41,705 nt of DNA, taken from NCBI GenBank assembly GCA_050014375.1, contig JBEKDM010000002.1, positions 1-41,705 on the forward strand, in the 5' to 3' direction. This document shows positions 16,596 to 23,389 of the stretch, in pieces (positions within the stretch are counted from its first letter, which is position 1; each line of letters begins with the position of its first letter). This DNA comes from Methanomassiliicoccales archaeon (GTDB taxonomy: Archaea; Thermoplasmatota; Thermoplasmata; Methanomassiliicoccales; UBA472). The position numbers and the translations under genes are program-made. A model generated the notes under the pieces. That model was not told where the DNA came from and ran no database searches. It was given only the letters and a program-made list of their open reading frames with translations.

Positions 16596-17506
16596 TCCAC
16601 CAGCCCCCTGCCGGTCAGTTTGAGGAACACGTCCTCCAGGGTGGCGTTCCTGATAATGCTGCGTTCCAAAGGCACTTTGTCCTTGATCTGGGCCATCACG
16701 GCGGCGCTGTCGTTGGTATAGACGAATATCCGGTCCGCGTACCGTTCGAAGGTCCAGCCGTTCTCCGTAATGAGACTGATCAGTTCATCTGAAGGCGGTA
16801 TCATCTCCAGCACCTGGGAGCTGACATGCTTCTCGATCAGGTCCCGGGGATTCCCCTCGGCCACGATCTTTCCCTTGTCCAGGATGATGAGCCGGTCGCA
16901 TAGCTGCTCCGCCTCATCCATATAATGGGTGGTCATGATGACCGTGACCTTGCGCTTCTTGAGCTCCCTCACCCTCTCCCAGATGAGGTGCCTGGCCTGG
17001 GGATCGAGACCGGTCGTCGGCTCGTCCAATATCAATATCCGGGGGTCGTTGATCAGCGCCCTGGCGATGATGAGCCTGCGCTTCATACCGCCGGACAGCT
17101 CCTCGATCCTGGAGTCCCGCTTCTCTTTGAGTTGCATGAATTCGATCAGCTCATCGGCACGTTTCGATGCCAGCTTCGGCTCTATCTTAAAGTAACGGGC
17201 GTAGACTGTCAGGTTCTTGTGCACGGTGAAATCTGGGTCCAGGTTGTTTTCCTGCGGCACCACGCCGATGAGCGCCTTGATCTCCCGTTGGCGGTCCTCT
17301 TTGACGTCCATGCCCAGGACGTTGAGCGTTCCCGCGGTCAACGGCGAAACACAATAGATCATGCGCATGGTAGTGCTCTTGCCCGCGCCATTGGGCCCAA
17401 GGAAGCCGAAGCACTCGCCCTCCTCGATGGAGAAACTGATGCCCGCCACCGCCGTTAACTCATCGAATTCCTTGCGCAGGTTGATGGCGTTGATCACCGA
17501 GGTCAT
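16592..17506 (-). CDS. ABC transporter ATP-binding protein (DrrA/NodI-like)
   Basis: It has Walker A (GPNGAGKST), the signature LSGGMKRRL and Walker B (ILILDEPTTGLD). The start is set at the ATG at 17506 (MTSVINAINLRKEF). A TATA-like TTTATAT lies about 30 nt upstream. The longer ORF to 17593 would add an atypical 29-aa leader. Confidence 0.85.
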   Translation of the reverse strand: MTSVINAINLRKEFDELTAVAGISFSIEEGECFGFLGPNGAGKSTTMRMIYCVSPLTAGTLNVLGMDVKEDRQREIKALIGVVPQENNLDPDFTVHKNLTVYARYFKIEPKLASKRADELIEFMQLKEKRDSRIEELSGGMKRRLIIARALINDPRILILDEPTTGLDPQARHLIWERVRELKKRKVTVIMTTHYMDEAEQLCDRLIILDKGKIVAEGNPRDLIEKHVSSQVLEMIPPSDELISLITENGWTFERYADRIFVYTNDSAAVMAQIKDKVPLERSIIRNATLEDVFLKLTGRGLVE

Positions 17507-17533
17507 GGCATACCGATGTATATAGCCGAAATG

Positions 17534-17540
17534 ATATAAA
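17534..17540 (-). promoter_or_regulatory. TATA-like box for the ABC-2 exporter operon
   Basis: The minus strand reads TTTATAT, 28-34 nt upstream of the ATG at 17506. Confidence 0.35.
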
Positions 17541-17607
17541 CCGTTCTCTCGGGCGAAAGCTGATTGTAGCAGACTGGATAACACGAAAGCCATTCCTATG
17601 CCGTATC

Positions 17608-19218
17608 GTGGATCTCGGATTGCTCTTGATGGTCTTGTACTGCACCTGCGCCGGTGCAGCGCTGGGCACCTTCACTGGCATCGCGCCGGGCATACACGTG
17701 AACACGCTGGCGCTGATCATGTTGGTCTCCTATCCGGGGATCGCCGGCTTCATGAACCTGACCTGCAACGCGTTCGGGATCGGTATCGGCCATGTGCCAT
17801 TGCTCGTGTGTTGCATCATCATCTCCGCGTCGGTCGTTCATTCCTTTGTGGATTTCATTCCCTCGGTCTTCCTGGGGGCGCCGGACGAGGACACTGTCCT
17901 TTCCGTCCTTCCGGGCCACCGGCTCCTGCTTTCAGGAAAAGGCCTGGAAGCGGTTGCTTGCGCCGCGAATGGAAGCATGGCCGGCGCGTGCGTAGCCATT
18001 GTCCTCACGTTGCCCATGTTCATGATGATGTCCGATCCGATCGATGTCTACGACCGTTTCGAACCGCTGATCCCCGGAATGCTCGTCATCGTCATGGTGA
18101 TGTTGGTGTTGGCGGAGGCCGACGATCGCCGGATCACCATATCGATCGACGCCCGTCGCGGTTCGGTGAGACGGCTGGAACGGATCGACGTTCCGATGCT
18201 GGTCCCGCATGACGGGGAGAAGGTCAAGGCGTGGGGCAGACTGGAAAGGGTCTCCCGCAAACGGTTCGTACTTCATTCCGTCCAGGGCGACTGGACTGTG
18301 CTGGCACATGCGGGTACACCGGCCGGCAGGGCGGAGGTGTGCGGCATTTGGAAGGTGCGGCGGAACCGGTCGTGCAACAAGCTATCAGCCCTCTTTCTCC
18401 TGCTGTCCTCCGGACTCCTGGGTTTCGTGGCATTAAATGGGAAACTGCCTTTGACCGGCGTTTGGGACGGCATCGACGGCAACATGCTCTTTCCCCTCCT
18501 CACTGGACTGTTCGGACTGCCGACCCTGCTATCGTCGGTGTCGTCGGGGCGAGTTCCGGCACAGGAGGCCGCGGTCAGCAGGGATCTCGAGACCCGGGCG
18601 GCCCTGGGGGGAGCGCTGGCCGGCGGATTCGTAGGCTGGGTGCCAGGCGTCACCTCGACCACAGGCACCATGATCGGCGCATTGGTCGACCCGGAACGGG
18701 ACGATGACGAGGAAGGCACAGCCCGGCGGTTCATCACCATGGTCTCGTCGGTCGGAACGGCGGCGGCAGTGTTCGGCATCGTCGCTCTAGCGGTGACCGG
18801 AAAGGGCAGAACGGGAGCCTTGTTAGTGGTGAAGCAGATGCTCGGTGCCGAGGGCCTCGGGGCGCTGTCGTCGGCGACGTCAACCGAGACCATCTTGCTG
18901 TTGGTGTCGGTGTTCGCCGCGGCTCTGCTCGGCTACGCGATCACCTTACACCTGGGAAGGCTGTTCGCGGCCAAGGTGGGCTGCATCGACCTGGACCGGA
19001 TGACGAAGATCATCGTGGTCTCATTGGTCCTGCTCGTACTGCTGATGAACGGGATACCGGGCTTGCTCCTGCTGCTCGCAGCCACCTTACTGGGATTGGT
19101 CCCGCCGCGCATCGGCACGAACCGGGTGCACCTCACTGGATGCCTCCTGGTGCCAATAACGTTCTTCTTCTTCGGGCTGGAGTTGCCGTTCGTCTCGTTC
19201 CTGGGAGGATTGATTTGA
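17608..19218 (+). CDS. TctA/DUF112-family (COG1784-like) polytopic membrane protein with a central soluble insertion
   Basis: The motif G(T/W)xPG(I/V) is repeated in the two halves (GTFTGIAPGIHVNT and GGFVGWVPGVTSTT). It has HSFVDFIPSVFLGAPDEDTVLSVLPGH and many TM helices. A basic, beta-rich, non-hydrophobic segment occupies aa 171-256. The start is GTG at 17608 or ATG at 17629. Confidence 0.65.
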   Translation: MDLGLLLMVLYCTCAGAALGTFTGIAPGIHVNTLALIMLVSYPGIAGFMNLTCNAFGIGIGHVPLLVCCIIISASVVHSFVDFIPSVFLGAPDEDTVLSVLPGHRLLLSGKGLEAVACAANGSMAGACVAIVLTLPMFMMMSDPIDVYDRFEPLIPGMLVIVMVMLVLAEADDRRITISIDARRGSVRRLERIDVPMLVPHDGEKVKAWGRLERVSRKRFVLHSVQGDWTVLAHAGTPAGRAEVCGIWKVRRNRSCNKLSALFLLLSSGLLGFVALNGKLPLTGVWDGIDGNMLFPLLTGLFGLPTLLSSVSSGRVPAQEAAVSRDLETRAALGGALAGGFVGWVPGVTSTTGTMIGALVDPERDDDEEGTARRFITMVSSVGTAAAVFGIVALAVTGKGRTGALLVVKQMLGAEGLGALSSATSTETILLLVSVFAAALLGYAITLHLGRLFAAKVGCIDLDRMTKIIVVSLVLLVLLMNGIPGLLLLLAATLLGLVPPRIGTNRVHLTGCLLVPITFFFFGLELPFVSFLGGLI

Positions 19219-19637
19219 CCGACCCACTGTACCACGCGGCACTGGCTTTCGCGGTCTCGGGACTCTTGCTACGATCTCTCGGGATGCCGCTCCCCCTGGC
19301 CTTCGTACCGGTCATGGTCACTCTGCTGGTCGACCTGGACCGAACGGTGTCGCCTTCAGAACGCTACCACCGGTTCCTGCACTCACCTTATGTGCTGTTC
19401 CTTCTGCCGATCTCAGCCATCCTCGCCGGCCTCTCCGGCGAACGGGCCATACTGTTCCTCCCCGCCCTCGGCGCCCTGTGCCACATACTCCTGGACGGTC
19501 TGTCCGGCGAGGAGGTCTGCCTTGTGAACGGCCGGCTCGATCTCGTTACCTTCCAGTTCCGCTGTCGTGATCCCCGCAAGGCGCGATGGGTGTGCCGGGC
19601 CGGGCTGGTGTGTTGCCCCCTGCTCCTGTTCCTTTGA
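19215..19637 (+). CDS. DUF457/YdjM-like membrane-bound metal-dependent hydrolase (small)
   Basis: The TTG start overlaps the upstream stop (TTTGA). The DUF457-like landmarks are LLVDLD...YHRFLHSP and CHILLDGLSGEEV. The third codon position is strongly G/C in this frame. The last 225 nt overlap the polymerase ORF on the opposite strand. Confidence 0.5.
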   Translation: MTDPLYHAALAFAVSGLLLRSLGMPLPLAFVPVMVTLLVDLDRTVSPSERYHRFLHSPYVLFLLPISAILAGLSGERAILFLPALGALCHILLDGLSGEEVCLVNGRLDLVTFQFRCRDPRKARWVCRAGLVCCPLLLFL

Positions 19638-21782
19638 GTACATCGTCCGCATGGTCGCGATGTCGTATCCGAACGGAACCAGCAGTTCCGATGCGGCGCG
19701 CAGCGACAGTTCCACGTACTTCTCCGGCTCGTAGACCTCGTCGCCGTCCAGGAACTTCGCCACCTTGACCCGTTCCTCGCCACCCAGCACGACATACTCG
19801 ATCGCCTCCCCGGGCGGCACCGAGAAGCCGTTGCGCTTCATCTGCTGCAGCGCCGCTAACGACTCGTTGTGCTGCGTGTACTCCTCCACCTCCTTGGAGA
19901 TGCGCTTCGTTATCACCAGCTTGTCCAGCGGCACGGAGCCGGACCGTATCGTCTCCACGTACTCGCCGACGATGTCCAGCACTTCCGGTATCGCCTCCCG
20001 GAACTCCTTCGAGTCCCTGCACTTGGCCAACCGGTCCAGCATATCCTGCTGCAGCTCCCGCACGATGGTCGTGGTGTCGTGCTTGCGCAGGGCGATGCCG
20101 CGGATCTTGATCTCGCCGCCCTCGAACACGCCATAGTACCGGTTCAGCGCCCCTACGCCGGTGGTGATGTTCGGCAGGAAGACGATCCAGTTGTATATGC
20201 CATCCAGCACCAGCGGTATCTTCTCGATCTTTTTCACATCCGTGGAGAATGCGTCGGTATCCCCGTCCCCCTGGAGCCATAGCGAGTCGACGATGCCGTG
20301 CAGCACGCGGAAGCCGCGTTGTTCCGCCAGTGCCGACGTTCGCAGCAGTATCTCCCGGCCGTAGGCGTTGATCGCCTCGTGGCACTCGATCCTCCCGAAG
20401 CGGGCATTCCGGTATCCGGTGTAGCCAAAGCAAGTGACCAGGATCCATTTCAGGGCCTTGGCCCGGGAGTCGTATTTCTTGGCATGCCGGGACCCGCTCT
20501 TGGACAGCTTCTTGAGAGCGATCCGGCGCCTGACGATCGGCTCGAGCACCCTCGGTAGCAGCCCCGTCACTTTCTCGCAGATGCGGTAGCCGATCTCCGG
20601 CACGATGCGCCTCGAATCGGGGCAGCACCCGCACTGCAGCGTCTCCGGGGATATGTTGTGCACCACCATGATGCTAGGGTACAACGAAGTGAAGTCGAAC
20701 TCCGCCACCCGGTCGTGTATCCCGACCTTCGGCTCGTAGATGAAACCGCCCCGGTCCGAGACGATCAGCTCACCGGCGGTCTTGAAGTTCTCTGGCAGGT
20801 TCTTCTTCCAAAGCACCAGCGTGCTGCTGCGTACCGCCTCGTTCACCTGCATCGAGCTGATCGCCGTCCCGGGCGAGAGCCGGGACATCTCCTGCAGCGA
20901 TATGCGCGACAGCCTGGTCATGTCGATCAGCCCGTACAGCCCGCCCTCCTCGAACGTGAACGAACTGTCGGCATCGATGTGGATGCGGCCGCGGAGCTTC
21001 TGCGCCGGCGGCTTGTAGACGATGCGGCCGTAGGTGAAGTAGCTCTTGCCCTTGGCGTTCCTTACACCTTTCTCCCGACCCAGGTCGAACTCCATGCCCA
21101 GCATTTCGGCCCGGTGCGAAAGGTAGGGCAGGTAGAAGCTGTCGCCGTTCTGCGTCAGGATGATGTCCGGGTCCTTGCGGCGCACCAGTTCCAGCACGCC
21201 CTGCAATACGTCCTCCTCGCTCCCATCCACTTCATCTCCGGCGAGCGATGCCGAGCGCAGCGGGTCCTCGTACGTTGGTATGTGGTTCCTGGCGTTCACC
21301 TTGATGTCCAGCCGCATCACCTTCAGGTCCGGGATGGGGTAATCGAGCCGGTAAGGTTGGTCCAGGTGGTGGTACCGCTCCCCGGTGTCCAGCAGGCCCA
21401 TCGGGAAGATGCCGTGCGCCAGGTAGTAGCGGTGGTCCATGCGGAAGTCGACGTTGAACAGCTTGTAGTCGCGGTACAGGCCCCAACGGTCGATCATCTT
21501 CGCCGTCGGCATCAGCGACAGGTAGCAGTCCGGGACGATCTTCACCACGTCCCGCTTCTTCTCCCCCAGCCAGGTGCGGTGCTTCTCCACCGTCTGCTCG
21601 CCGATGCCAGCGATGCGCAGCCCGGAGCGTAGCTCGGCCATCTTGTCCTCCGGGGCCCAGACGAAGAACGCCGGACGGAACTTCCAGTCCACGATCTTCC
21701 GGACGCCCTGCCTCGTCCACAGCCACAGCACCATCGAGTCATCCCTGGTGTCGGCGTAACAATCTATGATCCAGCCCCTCAT
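19413..21782 (-). CDS. Family B DNA polymerase of the PolB2-like type (degenerate exonuclease and motif C residues)
   Basis: Pol motif A is intact (DFTSLYPSI). Motif B reads KWILVTCFGYTGY. Motif C reads HGIVDS instead of YxDTD. Exo I reads LDIK instead of FDIE, and Exo II reads NGDSFY instead of NxxxFD. The start is set at the ATG at 21782 (MRGWIIDCY), which overlaps the upstream stop (ATGA). The 44 codons further upstream are Arg/Ala-rich and overlap the small gene. Confidence 0.8.
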   Translation of the reverse strand: MRGWIIDCYADTRDDSMVLWLWTRQGVRKIVDWKFRPAFFVWAPEDKMAELRSGLRIAGIGEQTVEKHRTWLGEKKRDVVKIVPDCYLSLMPTAKMIDRWGLYRDYKLFNVDFRMDHRYYLAHGIFPMGLLDTGERYHHLDQPYRLDYPIPDLKVMRLDIKVNARNHIPTYEDPLRSASLAGDEVDGSEEDVLQGVLELVRRKDPDIILTQNGDSFYLPYLSHRAEMLGMEFDLGREKGVRNAKGKSYFTYGRIVYKPPAQKLRGRIHIDADSSFTFEEGGLYGLIDMTRLSRISLQEMSRLSPGTAISSMQVNEAVRSSTLVLWKKNLPENFKTAGELIVSDRGGFIYEPKVGIHDRVAEFDFTSLYPSIMVVHNISPETLQCGCCPDSRRIVPEIGYRICEKVTGLLPRVLEPIVRRRIALKKLSKSGSRHAKKYDSRAKALKWILVTCFGYTGYRNARFGRIECHEAINAYGREILLRTSALAEQRGFRVLHGIVDSLWLQGDGDTDAFSTDVKKIEKIPLVLDGIYNWIVFLPNITTGVGALNRYYGVFEGGEIKIRGIALRKHDTTTIVRELQQDMLDRLAKCRDSKEFREAIPEVLDIVGEYVETIRSGSVPLDKLVITKRISKEVEEYTQHNESLAALQQMKRNGFSVPPGEAIEYVVLGGEERVKVAKFLDGDEVYEPEKYVELSLRAASELLVPFGYDIATMRTMYSKEQEQGATHQPGPAHPSRLAGITTAELEGNEIEPAVHKADLLAGQTVQEYVAQGAEGGEEQYGPFAGEAGEDG

Positions 21783-22033
21783 CGGACATCGCTCTTGCGC
21801 AGCGCCAGGATCTCTTTCTCCTGCTCCAGCAGTATCGACAGCACCGCGCTCTCGAAAGGATCGGTGAACGCGGCGTAAGTGGCGGCGGAGGCATGCATCC
21901 GCACCCGGTTGCATATCGAGTCGAACGCCACCTTGTCCTCCTGCGGCAACGCCCGGCGATAGTCGGACCAGCTGTTGATCATGCCTTCCGCGTTCATGCG
22001 GTAGGTGGGAACGGTCCTACCCGTCGTCACCAC
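21779..22033 (-). CDS. Small hypothetical helical protein linking the RecA-like gene and the polymerase
   Basis: The ORF is 72-84 aa (GTG at 22033 or ATG at 21997). It fills the whole gap between the two flanking genes. Its stop overlaps the polymerase ATG. The composition is ordinary, not Arg/Gly/Pro-biased. I recognise no family. Confidence 0.55.
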   Translation of the reverse strand: MVTTGRTVPTYRMNAEGMINSWSDYRRALPQEDKVAFDSICNRVRMHASAATYAAFTDPFESAVLSILLEQEKEILALRKSDVR

Positions 22034-22773
22034 CCCCTGAACTCGTCCAACGTGGTCTGGTTACGAGGCACCGGACGGTACAGGGTGCCGACGTTCTCCT
22101 TCGGCAGCATGATGCGCAGCGCCTTCCCGTAGGTCTCGATGCGAACCACCCGGTCCACGCCGTCGTATAGAAGCGGCCGGAGACCCTTGCGGTAGAACAT
22201 CTTGGCCAGGCCAAAGTTCGTGATGACCGTGACCAGGTCGTGCTTCTCCGTTAGCTCCCGCAGCTTGTCCATGGACCGGCGCATCAGCTGGAATGACTCG
22301 GACCACTCCATGTCCTTGTCCTGGAACAGGTCCGGGAAGCATGATATCACCACCATGCCAGTACGGATGCGCTTTACCTCCTTCTCCAGCATGTCCTCGA
22401 TCAGGGTGGACATCTGGTAGGCGGTGAACGCGCGCGATATCGTCACCGAGGAAAGCACTTCGTCGGAAGACAGCCGGAAACGCTTGCACACCGTGGTCAG
22501 CTCGAACGGGTTGGCGGAGTTGCCCCCGTCCACCCAGATAACCTCATCGTGGTTCTCGCTGACGGCGTTGACCGACATCATGTTGACCATGCCGAAAACG
22601 ATCCGGTCGGCGCTGTCAATCAGCGTCATGGTCCTCGGTTTCAGTCCGCCTATCAGCGCGTCGATCGGCGGCACGTAGGTGCGCACCGACCGGTCGGAGC
22701 GGTCGGCATAGGGCGTCTCATGCGAAATGCCGATGCTGGCATATTCTGTCTGTTCCATTGTGCTTAGTTCCAT
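22027..22773 (-). CDS. RecA/RadB-superfamily paralog lacking Walker A and Walker B (predicted non-ATPase)
   Basis: The Rad51/RadB-like landmarks are PIDALIGGL, VIWVDGGNSANPFE, ISRAFTAYQ and LVTVITNF. The P-loop position reads MTLIDSADRIVF, and the Walker B position reads MVVISCFPDLF. Confidence 0.7.
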   Translation of the reverse strand: MELSTMEQTEYASIGISHETPYADRSDRSVRTYVPPIDALIGGLKPRTMTLIDSADRIVFGMVNMMSVNAVSENHDEVIWVDGGNSANPFELTTVCKRFRLSSDEVLSSVTISRAFTAYQMSTLIEDMLEKEVKRIRTGMVVISCFPDLFQDKDMEWSESFQLMRRSMDKLRELTEKHDLVTVITNFGLAKMFYRKGLRPLLYDGVDRVVRIETYGKALRIMLPKENVGTLYRPVPRNQTTLDEFRGW

Positions 22774-22802
22774 CGGCTCTCACTGTTCACCTCTTTCGTG
22801 TT

Positions 22803-22813
22803 ATACATATAAA
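22803..22813 (-). promoter_or_regulatory. TATA-like element upstream of the RecA-like/PolB2 operon
   Basis: The minus strand reads TTTATATGTAT, about 30-40 nt upstream of the ATG at 22773. Confidence 0.3.
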
Positions 22814-22929
22814 GGCGTGAAGGGGAGAGGTGCCCGAAAGTGCGGCCAGATGTATACCCATATCGCTCTCTCGATTTCGATAATCGGCTCAGCAGGATAA
22901 TTAGGGGCAACGACATACCATGACCGACA

Positions 22930-23307
22930 ATGAGGCTGACGCTCAAGGTTCTGGACGTGACGCTGGCGATATGTCAGTTGGAACCCGGTTCCGAGGTCGA
23001 GGAGTGGAGCGATGGCACCGGCATTTTCTCCGTGATGCGCACCGATGACGAAGTGACGATCGTGTGCAGCGAGGACCTGGTGCCCGAGGGCGTCATGTGC
23101 AGCAAGGGCTGGAAATGCATAAGATTGGTCGGCCATTTCGAATTCTCAGAGGTTGGCATCCTGTCGCAGCTGGCGCTGCCGCTGGCCGGGGCGAACGTTC
23201 CCATCTTCGTCATGTCCACATTCAATACCGACTACATATTGGTCCGGAAGCAGGACCTGCACCGGGCATCTGAGGCGCTTCGCATGGCCGGGCACGACAT
23301 CCCGTAA
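22930..23307 (+). CDS. ACT-domain (ACT_7/CASTOR-like) small ligand-binding protein
   Basis: The protein is 125 aa. It has the pattern LAICQL...FSVMRTDDEVTIVC...W.CIRL.G...F.EVGILSQLALPLAGANVPIFVMSTFNTDYILV, typical of stand-alone ACT_7 proteins. Confidence 0.65.
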   Translation: MRLTLKVLDVTLAICQLEPGSEVEEWSDGTGIFSVMRTDDEVTIVCSEDLVPEGVMCSKGWKCIRLVGHFEFSEVGILSQLALPLAGANVPIFVMSTFNTDYILVRKQDLHRASEALRMAGHDIP

Positions 23308-23389
23308 GATCGAGCGAAAGTTCGTCGTCCAGCAGATTCGGCGCACCAATTGGAACGAGTAAATACTAGCGCCGCGATAGACGCGACCG

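Noticed and set aside
17598-18893. Alternative-frame and antisense ORFs within the TctA-like gene (17598-18212 plus strand, 18273-18893 minus strand, and others)
   Set aside because: They are Arg/Pro/Gly-rich. The chosen frame gives a coherent multi-TM protein with duplicated family motifs.
19546-20634. 362-aa minus-strand ORF inside the polymerase gene, in another frame
   Set aside because: It is extremely Arg/Gly/Ala/Pro-rich, with no recognisable motifs. It lies wholly inside a gene with clear PolB motifs. This is the typical alternative-frame artefact of very GC-rich DNA.
20658-21632. 324-aa plus-strand ORF antisense to the polymerase gene
   Set aside because: Its composition is Arg/Leu/Val/Pro/His-biased and repetitive. 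It is antisense to strongly supported coding sequence and has no motifs.
21783-21914. 44-codon N-terminal extension of the polymerase ORF
   Set aside because: It is Arg/Ala/Gly-rich and overlaps the small upstream gene. The ATG at 21782 gives an ATGA coupling and a plausible PolB N-terminus.
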